A DNA stretch of 64,000 bases from Octopus sinensis (GCF_006345805.1 NW_021833059.1:186001-250000); one strand, 5' to 3'; positions 50,981 through 63,461 are shown, counted from the first letter of the stretch. A program made the numbers and translations. The notes: generated by a model not told the origin, from the sequence alone.

Positions 50981-51860
50981 TTCTAATTTATTATGAAAGG
51001 AATTTAATAAATAAAATGTTCTGTTATGATAATGTAACCCACCTCAAACAAAATTGCAATTAAGTATAAAAACATGTTTAATTTAATAAAATATATTTTA
51101 TAATAATTTTTTTATAATTTTAAATATAATGGATATCTCTAAAAAGATAGACATGACAATCTTAGTGGGACAGGTATTTCAAAATATTCTATAAGAGTAT
51201 AAATATGAATAAGAAATAATACCAATTCAAAGTATAATAGTTATTTTTAAAAATTGAAATAATAATAAAAATTTAAATTAATAAATAAAATCATATTACT
51301 TTATCTTATTGTGATGTAAACATTGAATCTTACAATTTAACTATTTTAGTTAGAGTAATGGCTACTCTGGATGTAATCCCCATTTTAACATTGCATGAAA
51401 AGAACGAGGACTTGGTCGTCGAGAGCGAAATGAATGTCCTATACGAGTTGGAAAGTTTTGATGACAACTTAGAATTAAACAACATGTAATTGACAGTCAG
51501 CCATACGACAAATTGATTAATAGAGAAAGAAGAGCCACATTATCTTTTAAATCTTTGATTTTGTTGATTTTAAGATTTTTCAAAAAATATTAATTGTAAA
51601 TTTTATTTAGTTGTAACTGTCGTTAATTTTGGAACCTGAAAAATTATTTTCGGAGTCCTTTTGAAAATGACGATAAACTTTTTTTGAATTTAATTATTGA
51701 AGTAAATCTATTAAATAGAAATAGTATTTATTGTGTTTAAAAATAATAATAATATTAAATTCTACATATATTTATATTTCAGAGTTTTTAAAGCAGAGGG
51801 TTATTTTGTCTTTTATTCAATTTTTAAATTTTATAAAGACATTTGCTAACCTAGAATTTT

Positions 51861-51996
51861 ATCTTTGCGCAGTGGCAGTATCGTAGTCAATGAGGTTCTA
51901 CCGAGGCGCGATTATTGCTAATTGAAAACTGCAACCAATTCCCGCACGTCTTTGCTCTGCTAGACGATGCAATTTCTGTGAGCCCACTTGTGGGTT
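51861..51996 (+). ncRNA. RNU4: U4 spliceosomal snRNA
   Basis: ATCTTTGCGCAGTGGCAGTATCGTAG.CAATGAGG....CCGAGGCGCGATTATTGCTAATTGAAAACT matches metazoan U4; Sm site AATTTCTG; terminal hairpin AGCCCAC-TT-GTGGGTT. Confidence 0.96.
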
Positions 51997-53179
51997 TTTT
52001 AACCATTGATGCTTCCTTAGTCCATAAAATTCTGGGTTTTGTATGTGAAAGAAAACAAAAGGCAATGAATTTTTTCGTAAATCAATTTTATTTGATTAGT
52101 AAACATTGATATTTTTTAGATAAAGGAGAAAGTTTGTTTAAGACTACTTAGTTTAGGACGCTCTCCCAGGACTGTTTAGTTATATTCTCCATTCCTTACT
52201 TAGATCATAATTTATTTGTGTGTAAAAATAAGCTAAAAAATCATCAGCTCAATTAATACAATGCATTTAGAGAAAAATTCGGATTCCAACTCATGAAACC
52301 ACCATAACTAATTTTGATTCCAATGACTCATTTAAGTGAGGTCTAATATAAGGCACAGACACTATTAGTCATAAAGAACAGTTTTCTAATAAAAAATGGC
52401 AAGTGTATAACTAATTAACCAAAAAAAGAATGGCATGCGATAGAGAGCACAATAAATTGTGGAATAAATAATTTTTGGCCACTTATCTTACACGTGGGCT
52501 GATAAGTCAGCAGAGAACCGTCCCACTCCCAGCTCGTAAACCAAAATCTTATTCACTTTACTAGCAAAAAAGACATTTGGCCTCATCAGACATAATAAAG
52601 AAAAGACTTCTGAAAAAACAAATCTGACGAGAACTCGAATAAATCAGGGAAGAGTGCAGGAATTGAAACCTAAATTGGAATCCATATGAAATCACTTTTT
52701 ATATTTGGCGGTATTTCGAATGTTATATATCGTGATTTGTCGCTCCTGTGAATACCGCTTGTTTCACCTTCATGTTGGGTGTATTTACGAACCACATTTG
52801 GGACGTAGTAGATTCCATGATAAATCCGCATGTAAAAACTCGGAGAGGAAATAACGAATCATTTTCTAACATGGATGAGTGTGCCCATCCAAGAGATTGG
52901 CTTTGGCTGAAAAGAGGAGCATCAACTGAGAGCAGACGCATTAATTAAAAATTAATTATTATTTGTTGTTCTGCTCAATAAATCGGATTTTTATAACACT
53001 TTTCCAATTATCGACAGAACTGGTGGTATTTTCAAATAATATTTTTGGAATTTGTCAGTCTGCTTCCTAATTTTAGAGCAATTTTACTTCCGACACACCG
53101 AAAAAGACAATGATTCTATTTTTCCTTCTCATTAAAGACATTTGCCAATCATTGTGGACACAGTGCTTTAAAAGATCAT

Positions 53180-53500
53180 TCGGGGAGTTGGTAGAGAATG
53201 CAATATTTGTCAAATTTCAGTACCACTAAAACTCTCGCGAGGAACAAGCTATCATTTTGATTCACAAAATCTTTCTATAAAGAGGCTATTTGGTTGATAA
53301 CATGGTTCTTGTGGTGTTGAAAACCTCTTATCCTTTCTAGGGGTTTAGATAGAGCGGGAAGCAAGGAAATGGGCCTGTATCTTCCGGGAACAACATGAGG
53401 AATCGTGGGTTTTCTGATAAGGATTACCTCAGCCACTTTCCATCTAGAGGGAATCATCCCAAGTCGCAAGCTACCGCTATACGAGACAATTTAAAAAGAT
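53180..53500 (-). mobile_element. Jockey-like RT fragment
   Basis: GMIPSRWKVAEVILIRKP...YRPISLLPALSKPLER. Confidence 0.8.
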
Positions 53501-53932
53501 ACTAATTCCTTAACATGGGAAACAAAATGTCGGACTCTTAATTTCAGACTCATCCTGGTATATGACATGTGGATATCTATTTCATTAATTGTAACTGGGA
53601 ATTCGTTAAAAATCTTTTATTAAAATCCTGACAAATTTTAAGTTAAATGTCTATCCTGTACAATATGTACTATTTTCACTCTTTTATGATAAATTAATTT
53701 TACCTCATTAGATAAAGAGTCGCATTTTTTAGTTTTATTTAATTTCCACATGCTGTAAATTTGGAAATGATGAATCGAAATTTCAGCTAAAAAAATGATT
53801 TTAACTTGCTAATCGAACAGAAACAAATCGAAATTATTTTTATTCTGTTTTTATAAATGTGTGGACTCTCATTACAACTTTATAATTCAAATTGTGATAT
53901 GTGTTACTGGTGTTAAGGACAAAATCAAAAAA

Positions 53933-54051
53933 CCGTACGATCATACTTAGTCGTAAATACCCGTTCCCATCCGAACACGGCAGTTAAGCGATTACAGGCT
54001 GTTCTAGTACTTGGCTGGGTGACCGCCTGGGAACAAACAGTGTCGTACAAT
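53933..54051 (+). rRNA. RNA5S: 5S rRNA, single dispersed gene
   Basis: About 119 nt; helix I GTACGAT / GTCGTAC; box A AGTTAAGC; TAGTACTTGG.TGGG.GACCGCCTGGGAA; T-rich terminator. Confidence 0.95.
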
Positions 54052-55561
54052 TATTTTATTAAATTAAGTATTTAATTTTTTTTGAAAATAGTTGTATAGT
54101 ATGAAGAAACTTTTATGAGTAAATAATTTTACCAATATTTTATATCCATCTTTCGCAAAACTACGCTTTTACTCATTTTCGATCACGTCAGTTACTCGCC
54201 CATTGAAGAATCAGCCTTTTTGATTAATTCATCTACAAGCAGCAATACACAACCAAGTGAGTTTTATCGACCTCACTCGAATCGAATTCGATTAGACCAT
54301 CACACCAAGATTGTTATGTAAGTTTAACTAACTAGAAACTCCATCTCATATTTTTGATTCAGATTTGTAAATAAACAATATTAAATAGAAATAATGTTCA
54401 TTTGATCTGAATATTTAATTCCCATTCACATCTGGAGATTTACTCCTTTATAAGAGACCCTTCTATGCCATCTTGGTGTTCTTATCTATCCTGACTTCAC
54501 TAGAACAAATTTCCACAACTAATGAACAATTTTCTCTCGAAAAAAACCCTCTAGCCTTCTGAAATTTATCCGTCCAGGACCTGATCCCGCCACTTTCTTT
54601 AACAAAACAAAGTGCCAGAAACTTGAAAACGTTGTTAGGCAGGCTTTATGGAGTTTGGCCCGGAACAGTTCTTCAGAAAATGAAAACAGTGACCGGTTGA
54701 TCGACCACATCTAAATCTTCACTGTTCTTCCGCGAGTATATTATTTAGCTTAACATAAGCCAATAAACAATTGGAAATGATTTTTTCCATTATTTTCAAG
54801 ATTTTGAAGATAAGGCTAACTCTCAAAATAACAAGGTTTTTAAATCTTTGCTCATTCCGTAGCTATCAAACCAAACGTGATAAATTCCATTCCATTTTCT
54901 ATGAAATAGCCTTGATGTTGAGAATCTCTAAATTTTGAGTTCTTTCATTAAGCTCTACTCTTTCTACGCAATAATACTGTTAGTGAGTGATAGACAATGG
55001 TCGCTGGAATTAGAAGACTATCTGGAAGTATTTTTAATTTTGTACTATGCTCTTGGATACTAACTAGACTAATAAATTGTCCAGAAACCTTCCGAGTCAA
55101 ATCTTCGAAAATGACTCATGAAAATCACCTCCCATACCTGCCCTCTTCCATCTGGAAATGTTACTGTAGGTGCACATATAGACATTACGATGTGGTCAAG
55201 AAATGTCTCGAAGTCAGGTTATTTTGCACTTTTTTCTCTACTGATGAAAAGGACAGACAGAAGATATCTGATTTCGATTAGTGCTGACTACTTGTTGCTA
55301 TCAGTAAGGCTTGACTGAGGCTATCAGCACAAGTTATGCATTGAGTATGAGGACAGTATTTCACTCGGCGACAGTTTGCAGTCCAACTCACTCACCCAGG
55401 TCGATCCATCTTATTGCGGTTTGACTCAAGTCCGTCCTTGTACAGAAACTTGTATTTATTCATCCATCAATTCAACTTGTTTAAATAATTGTTAAAAAGT
55501 GATCTCAACCTTAGTAATAATTATAATCATTTTTGTAACATTTAAAATTTGGAACGTTGTG

Positions 55562-56302
55562 ATGCTTCGTCAGTTGATTGGTACTTCATCACAGAGATAT
55601 ATATGGTATAACACAACATATAAATTAACAGTCTAAATGGACACCTCAACTCCCGATACAATAAACACCACGTCGATCCAATATTTCAAATCGATCAATT
55701 AGACCAACAAACCCGTCAAAGAAAGTTTCATCCCGTCAAAAGTGCTTTAAATTTCCATGTGTCTAACATTGGGTACAGCCACATAAAAGAGTTATTAAAT
55801 CAAATATAAACTAGAGAACTTATAAACCACTACATGCGCTCAGGAAAGAGGGGCACTGCACGAATTATTGTCGACAAAGTTGGCATTTAAACTCAATTAA
55901 AAGGCGTTTTCTTATCTAAAACACTGGCAAATAAGAAAAATGAAGGACGAGGACGTTTTATTGGAGTGCAACCCACTGGTCATATTGGAGAGGGCAGTGG
56001 AGAACTGTCGGCCGGTCATGATTTTCAAAAACATATCCCGTGGAGGGCAGACCTACCGAGTATGTCCCCGCTAATATTGGGAGGTGCCTGTTCCGGTGAC
56101 AGATCACTATTCTTATTTCTACGCATTTAAACTATTGGTTGACTCCAGTCAGATTGTCCACCCTAATTCTCGTGCTAGGAGACTGGCGGTTGAGTTGCTC
56201 AGTGCTTTTGGAAACAAGGGGGAGGCTGTGCAGAAAAAGAATGATCTGCATAAACAATGTGAAATGAATAAGTCATATTTACATTATTATAAAACTAAAT
56301 AA
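55562..56302 (+). CDS. MRPS7: Mitochondrial ribosomal protein uS7m, 5 exons (mostly absent from the ORF track)
   Basis: Spliced product MLRQLIG...ELINHYMRSGKRGTAR...NPLVILERAVENCRP...RGGQTYRVPVP...ELLSAFGNKGEAVQKKNDLHKQCEMN; introns 26, 24, 25 and 24 nt. Confidence 0.9.
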
Positions 56303-56429
56303 CTCTTTTTCTTCTCTTCATAGGGAAATGTTTCATTCAATATCTTCAGGATTTTGTAAAATATCTGGGCATATGCCTCTGATTCGATAAACTAGAATGC
56401 CTCTTATTTGTAATCTTTTGTAAGTTTTG

Positions 56430-56680
56430 TCCGTTCAAAACTGCTTTAAATTTCTACGTGTCTAACTATGGGTACAGTCACGTAAAAGAGTTATTCAATC
56501 AAATATAAACTAGAGAACTTATAAAGCACTATATGTGGTCATGAAAGAAAGGCACAGCCCGAATTATTACCGACAAATTGGCATTTACAATTAGTCCAAA
56601 CACTTTTTCCTATATAAAACATTAGCAAGTAAGAAAATGAATGTCCGGGACGTTTTATTGGATTGAAGTCCCCTGATAAC
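56430..56680 (+). pseudogene. Partial tandem duplicate of MRPS7 (exons 2-4 with introns)
   Basis: Collinear ~240-bp copy of 55740-55980, including intron GTTATTCAATCAAATATAAACTAG; in-frame stops and a lost donor. Confidence 0.85.
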
Positions 56681-56849
56681 GTTATAGCACTGAAAACCTA
56701 TAATTAGATTCAACTATGCTAATTATGAATAATAAATATATCATCAAAATCTTTGTCGTTCTTATTTTTGCCTGTTTAATCTCCCCATAGTCAACTCAAC
56801 TACGTTGTCAAAAGAGCTTTAAAGTCGGCTGACTTCCCTTCCACTCTCA

Positions 56850-57090
56850 AGCCTGTCGGCTTTTTCCGGAGCGACGTTAAGTAGCCCGATGGGATGACGA
56901 CCTTTCCTTTCAGGGTAGGCAAGTCCATGGTTTGGGACGCCACTTGCGTCGACTTTCTTTCGGTGAGGACGCTACATCAACTCGTGCTCCGCAAGTGCAA
57001 ACGACCGTAGGGAGACGAGCTGGTTCTTTGAGCAAATCTATGTCACCGTGCTCCACGGGAACTGCCATTCAATACACAGTAAGGCGTCGT
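56850..57090 (+). mobile_element. CRE-like 3' fragment, internally deleted
   Basis: [21 protein letters not shown]...[18 protein letters not shown]. Confidence 0.75.
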
Positions 57091-57239
57091 TGAACTGACC
57101 ATCAGGCTCCCGACTTAAAAAAATAATTTATATTAGTTTTCAACATTTAGAATATTTATCATGTTAAAAAATAAATCGAACTCTTGACAATTCAAGTTAA
57201 GATAGAACTCCTTTTCCAATCAGAATATCAAGTTATGTA

Positions 57240-57480
57240 TCGAAAATCCGGGAGCCCCGTCTGAACGGGCTGAGAAGAGAACGACTGAGAAATACGCTGA
57301 AATTGGGAATGGCAGAGTGTTTGTCCCCCTGGCTGTTGAGACGTCAGGAATACAGGGGCCTACTCCAGCGGATTGGATCACTAATGAAAAAGGTTACCGG
57401 CGACCCGTGTGAGCACCGGTATTTAACCGAACGAATATCTATCGCCATAGTCAGAGGCAATACTCTCAGCCAATGACCAT
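57240..57480 (+). mobile_element. CRE-like 3' fragment
   Basis: AEKRTTEKY...FVPLAVETSGIQGP...VTGDPCEHRYLTERISIAIVRGN. Confidence 0.8.
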
Positions 57481-57769
57481 TTTTCTCTTGTTTATTAATA
57501 AATAAAAGAAGTTAAGATCAGATTTATTGATTTTAGTAACTTTACCATCACATTTAATTTACGCAGCCGTTTTGCAATTTTTACTGATTTAATTAATTCA
57601 TATATTTAGCTAACAGATTATACCCAGAAATATCAATATAAGAAAAATGATAGCCAGAATTCCCCATTAAGTAGGCCAATGAATGTAGTTATACACCATT
57701 TTCATAACCCATGGAAGTATCTGATGACCAAATCGATCGTTGAATCAATTTTTGAAGATAGTATTATGT

Positions 57770-57890
57770 TTATGTAGCCTGGAAGATTGCCAAACTGTTT
57801 CCCCGGATAATGGCAATCGAGAACCGTTGCATTAGCCAGTCGGCCTCCCGAGGATCATGGGTGGATCACCCAAGTCCTCACAAACCCATT
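57770..57890 (-). mobile_element. CRE-like extreme 3' fragment
   Basis: THDPREADWLMQRFSIAIIRGNSLAI. Confidence 0.75.
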
Positions 57891-59534
57891 CACTGAAACT
57901 GAAATAAAAATCGAAAAATTTTTCAGTGTTCTGGAAAATAAATTTGAAGAGATATAGTTGGGAATAAGCAAAAAATGACTAAAAAAGAAAAACGAATTCA
58001 ACGAAGAAATCAATTTCGAAGCCCAAATAATTTAATGAAACGACACTGACCCAAATGACAAAAAATTTCCCTGATATGATAGAGTATCTGGAAAAAATAA
58101 ATGACACAGAATTAAAATAGAAAAAGAGGTCATTCACTCATGCAGTAAAATTATAATAAAAATTGGCAACAAAATGGTTGTGTAGAATATCACAAAGATA
58201 TAAAATGATTAAAATAAAAAAATTAAACTATTGTGAAGGTAAAGCCAATTCACTTACAGAATATCGAATATTATAAGAAATTCTATAAGTGGACAATATA
58301 TTTAATCAATTTTAATACAAATAAAAACTTTCAATATAATAATAGAATAAAATTTGAGAAATAAATTAAACAATGTGGAACAACAACACGAAATACGAAC
58401 AGTAACACGGTTATCTAATTATATTATGTTTGAAATCTTTTTATTATAATATAACTAAAATAATTTATTTTTGAATTTATAAAAACTAATTATTTAGGGA
58501 TCTAAAAAAATAATGAGAGCCAACTGGAACCGGATCACAAGATGTATGAAGAAACTCAACATACTCAGAGTTCTTCCAAAATACAGGCAATGGAGAGTCT
58601 TGCCACTCGCCAAACTGACTATGAGCAGTACATGGAACCCACGATTAGTTACGCCTGTTGCAGTGAGAAGCTGGGATCACCTTATTTTGTGTTTTTAGAC
58701 GGTGGTCTTGGTTGAATAATAATGACCCACAAAGTGAAGTCTTGATATAACTTTGTGTCCGACAACAATAATCAATATGTTACTTAAATGTTGACTTTTG
58801 TGAAATTGTTCCCTTCCGAGGTATATAACTAAAGAAGTTTTCTACAATGTATTCGTCATGATTGAAAGATAATTCAAATTGAGTCTATGAGCTAAACAGT
58901 GAAAGATTGATTTAACCCGAAAGAGAGATTTGATTCGCACTAATCATTTTACTTTATTTTAGTTAGCCATTTTATTTTTTCTTCCAGTAAAAGAACATCA
59001 AAAATATTATTTTGTCAGCGGCTTTATCTCCTAATTACTAGTTACTATATTGTCTGTTTGTACTTTGAATACAATTTTATAATAAATAAAAACATAAAGA
59101 GATACTGTCTAAATTCTTCCTAAAAACAGTCCACTGCAAATAAGGCTTTAAACAAGTCTGTCCTATCAAACAAAAAATAATATCGACTATCCTTCAGATC
59201 ATACCTTTTCAGCTTTAATAAAGAAAAGTTTGACTTTTAAGTTAATCTTTCAAAGTAGAGATTTCCTTTCAAGTTTAATTGACTCCATCAATTTATGTAA
59301 GTACCGCCTAGACCATACTTAGCCGATACAATCTATTATCATCTCTAGGTTGTAGTAACCCTTTTTTAACATCAGTTTTTCGTCGACACTTCACAAAGTA
59401 TTCTGAACTTTAGTTAGGATTTGATTAGCGGTAATTGGACGGTAATTTTGGTTTTAATAAAAATAAATTTGTTTAAAAAAATTGTATTTCTAAAATTGTT
59501 TGTAATAGTTGATGTGGGACATTAGTAATACAAA

Positions 59535-59783
59535 ATGAGCATAATTCGTAATGGAATGAGATTTATCTGTGGGTCTATAAAACTGCCTCCTCTCCCCAAT
59601 CCAGAATTGTGTTGTGGGTCCTGCTGCCACAATTGTGTATGGCTGGAGTACGCTGAGTCCCTGATCGAGTCCTTGGGGGAATCGAGGGACAATCATCAGT
59701 TATGCATTGATATTATCAACCAACATGTGACTGATCTAACAGTCAAACACTACCTGCTAACTGAACTTGCAATAAATCATTAG
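59535..59783 (+). CDS. OXLD1: Oxidoreductase-like domain-containing protein 1
   Basis: LPPLPNPELCCGSCCHNCVWLEYAE motif; N-terminal presequence-like stretch. Confidence 0.85.
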   Translation: MSIIRNGMRFICGSIKLPPLPNPELCCGSCCHNCVWLEYAESLIESLGESRDNHQLCIDIINQHVTDLTVKHYLLTELAINH

Positions 59784-59856
59784 ATTTATTTTAATTATTA
59801 ATTTAAATATAATATTCTATTTTAAAATAAATTAAATAAAATTTAGTCACGTTATA

Positions 59857-60356
59857 ATGGATATTGGTTGGTTATATTTTGCTATATCATAAATATATCT
59901 CAACAATTAGTAGAAATCAATCAAACTCAGGAACCAAAGAAGCAATACAAAAAAACAGGAAGGTGAAACTAATTTTTAACCCAAAGACTCTACGTGAAGG
60001 CAGTCTTTACTGGGTTTCGTCGTGGAAGGACAAATCAGCACGAGAACACAGCTCTCCTCAAAATAGACGGAGTGGAGAAACGAGCAGACACCAATTTCTA
60101 CCTCGGAAAAAAGTGTTGTTATGTCTACAAAGGGAAAAAGTCAGTCAAAAATGTGTATAACACAGGCCTGCCAACTATCCCATCGCCGGGTCGAGATTTC
60201 GGTGCATTTGGGGGAAGGTTGTGGCCTCCCATGGCAATAATGGTGCAGTCCGGGCTCGCTTTCGGCATAATTTGCCACCCTCCGCCATGGGAAGGAGGAT
60301 TCGTGTGGTCAGGCTGTGTTTTGTATGTTTAGATGCTCTACCCCTCCACCATTTAA
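59857..60356 (+). CDS. RPL35A: 60S ribosomal protein L35a (eL33), 5 exons
   Basis: [28 protein letters not shown]...[12 protein letters not shown]...[37 protein letters not shown]; introns include 44, 24 and 25 nt; one T-run deletion near 60195. Confidence 0.95.
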
Positions 60357-61049
60357 TTGATTCATTCCATTCTAATGTGTTATTTGTAGGCTATTTTTAT
60401 ATTAGGGGACTTGATTGTCCTTTATATCCTCATAACTGATAGTCTTTAATGTCGCACATTGCTGTTAGAAATGCCAAATTTTGAATACTACTCTTTCCTT
60501 GTGTTTGTAGAGACTTGGCATTAAAAGGAATGACTTTAGTGGGAGATGACTATATTTATTTGCTTACTGTTTGAAAATGATGTACTCACGTGATTTGATA
60601 TTATGAGCAGTGAGTATTTGATGATTTTTTTGTCTTGACTGGGGTTACTCTGGACAGATTATTTAAATGGGTTACTGTTTGTGTGGTGATGTACTCAGAG
60701 ATATGCGTAGAGTATGTCAGTTGTATTTGGTTATAGTTTGGAATAGTCATATGTTTGATAGGTGATTTGTCTTTTTAAGTTTTGCAATCTAATTCGACTA
60801 ATCCTGAGTCTTTGATGTCGTGGATTAGCAATGAGGTTGAATGTCCATTTATATTTTCCAATTCTTTTAAGACTGAATTCTAGAACTGGATGTAAATCGA
60901 GGGAGTTTCTATATACAATCAAACCTTTCGAATTCACCTGTTTTTGAATCCGCTTGTCATTATTTTGAAAATTAATTATTATTTAAATTACATGCCACAT
61001 TGTTTTTTGAGATGCGTCGTCGGTCAGACTTTTTATCAACGAACAAGTT

Positions 61050-61600
61050 TCTATTCTTCTTTATATTTCTGAAAACCCGTCAATATCTGCTCCACGAATT
61101 TCAAAAATTTTTTCTGTCACACTAAAAAAGACGATTTATCCGTCTGACTGAAAAAGAGATCTTAAATCAAAATCCGACCTATTAAACAGAACTGATATAG
61201 AAACATTTAACGCTATAAGAATTCATAAACTCCACTTTAATGAAATTAATCAGAAACTGATAGCGTGGATTAACCTAATAAAATCAAAAAAAGTAATTCT
61301 ATCTAATTAAATAATGTCTCAAAAGTTCTCTAATTGGGAGAAAATAATAATGGAGCATTTAAAGCAAAATTTTAAAACCCGCAATGGTCTTAAGCAAAGA
61401 AAACATCACAGCGATATTTTATCAATTAATCATAATGAAAAATCCATTACTGATTTCAACTACATAAACAGTTTAAAAATTCAACAATATGAATTGGATA
61501 ACGTCTATAATGCTGATAAAACCGATGTTTTTACAAGGCAATTCCTTCGAAAAGTGCATGTATATATTGAAAATGAATAACTAACTGAATTTTTGGAAGG
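61050..61600 (+). mobile_element. Tigger/pogo transposase remnant
   Basis: EINQKLIAWIN...YELDNVYNADKT. Confidence 0.6.
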
Positions 61601-61869
61601 GCAATCTCGAGAAGATTTAAAACTTTAATCAGTACTTGATTTTATCTAAAGACTAAAAGATCAGGAAAAGTCGTGAGGAGAATTGTGTTGCAAAAAAGTT
61701 ATTTATCAGAAGCTTTCAGAGCACTAGAGACCATTTAAACTTACATTTCTCAAATCAAGAATTCAAATATTGATGATCACGAAAAAAATTAAAATTAGTC
61801 AATTCTATAATAAAAATTTAATAATAAACGTAGAACAATTTATTTTCACGATTTCGAATTGCCAACACA

Positions 61870-62160
61870 TAAATAAGATGGCCTGGCTGTTCCCCCGGGC
61901 GATCGCCAACGAGACTTTTTAGAGAAGATGACGAGTCTCGTTGGTGTTTTTGCTCTTCTTAGCGATCTTCGTCCCCAGCCGACGAAGGAAAGAAAGTGTT
62001 TCCATACCGATTGCCCCTGATATCTCGACGGCTATTGGCAAAAAAATTTGATTTCTGGCCAGGAACGAGTATTTTCTTATTTTGTGACCTCCGCGAGTTT
62101 TGCCGCCGAACCAGGATCAGATTGTTGAGAGAAAAGTCATTAAACAAAATTTTTGGCCGG
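61870..62160 (-). mobile_element. CRE-like 3' fragment
   Basis: KIRKYS...FLPIAVEISGAIGMETLSFLRRLG...VSLAIARGNSQAIL. Confidence 0.8.
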
Positions 62161-62689
62161 TCTCAAAATCAGTGGATTCGAGACATTTTACTGTACATGA
62201 ATGAATGAACAAAACCAGTCAAATCAACTGAGGCTGATGAAAATCAATCAAATTTGAACACGCTGACAATTCTTTCACATCGACCCTTTTAATTAATGGG
62301 GTTTATTATAGTGACACTACATTACTGGCACATATTAGGCATTCTTTATTGGTGAAGTGTTTATTATCCCAGAAATCATTCATAGTTAGGATTAGATTAA
62401 TCAGGTGGCCGTGGTAATCACGCCTTTTTATCGAGGAAGCCACTACAATTCGGAGCCTGGCTTTATGCGGTTGGCCTAAACAGAGTTAAATCCACAAATA
62501 GGGTAGTTATTGCTGTTCCAAATTCAATAAACTGTGAGTATATATTATTTGATCATTCACTTCGGCCTCCTTTAAACTTATCGCGGCACTGACAAGGAAA
62601 TTTTATCGCATTATCAGCAAACATTTCCATTTGCAACAAGGGTGTTTAAACCGTGAGAACGAACATACCCAGAATATAATTTGACTAGT

Positions 62690-63120
62690 ACAGTCAACCC
62701 TTTCTATAGTGAACCCTCTCTACTAATATAACAGACCATATTATGCAATCTCTCAGCCATTTGACAGAGATCTATTAAATGGTCCGTTAAAAACGAAAAT
62801 CAATTTGTTGAAACCTCTGTGATTGAAAATTTTACAGAAAGCCTCAATAGAAAATATTGTTCAAAAAATATTTTTAATTTGGACGAAACTGGATTGTTTT
62901 TTAAACTTTTGTTGAACAGACATTAGTTGTTGACTTTGACAAAAATCTATCTAATAAACCGGTAAAAGACGAGTAACTTTTCTTTTTTTCGTTTATTATG
63001 ATAAGAAAAAAGCTTACCCATTTGTTATTGGAAAAGCCAAAAATCCAAGCTGCTTTAAGAAGAAAAAATTTAATAATATACAAGTCAATACAAATTAAAT
63101 AAAAAGCATGGATGACATGT
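62690..63120 (+). mobile_element. Internally deleted Tigger element with left terminus
   Basis: TA-CAGTCAACCCTTTCTATAGTGAACC terminus; NIFNLDETGLFFK and VIGKAKNPSCFK DDE motifs. Confidence 0.7.
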
Positions 63121-63461
63121 GATATTTTCATATAAAACTAGTGAATATGCGAAGGCGCTTGAATTATTGATTCTAGAGAATAATTATACGAAATAGAAAC
63201 AACAACAACAACCAATGCACATTCGCGTGGCCCATGCTTCTGCAGTGGGTTTCGCTTGTGCAGGACACACACTTTATTTTTAAGAGAAAGAACAGTTATA
63301 TTTTTAACTAATCCGAGGAAAGAGCCAAGCAGACAAGAGAAAACTGTCCAATTTCTAACATTTTCTTTTTATTGCGCATGCGTCCTGTCCAATTTCTAAC
63401 AAACAATTTAAGAAATTATCAAACTAATCATTCTCAAAAATCAAAGATTAAATGATTAAAA

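Noticed and set aside
32874-56302. MRPS12 and MRPS7 in one window as a relic of the bacterial str operon or a NUMT
   Set aside because: They are 22 kb apart, have presequences and spliceosomal introns, and are eukaryote-type mitoribosomal proteins.
60540-60720. TGATG/CTGA words suggesting C/D snoRNAs downstream of RPL35A
   Set aside because: No well-formed box C/box D pair with a terminal stem; more likely the antisense of an unrecognised minus-strand gene.
61906-61987. 11-bp and 7-bp hairpins suggesting a structured ncRNA
   Set aside because: The region translates on the minus strand as a CRE-like endonuclease C-terminus; no RNase P, MRP, SRP or snRNA motifs.
62340-62530. Possible Helitron/PIF1 helicase C-terminal remnant (GEVFIIP; LYAVGLNRV)
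   Set aside because: Too degenerate to support; no Rep motifs or CTRR terminus identified.
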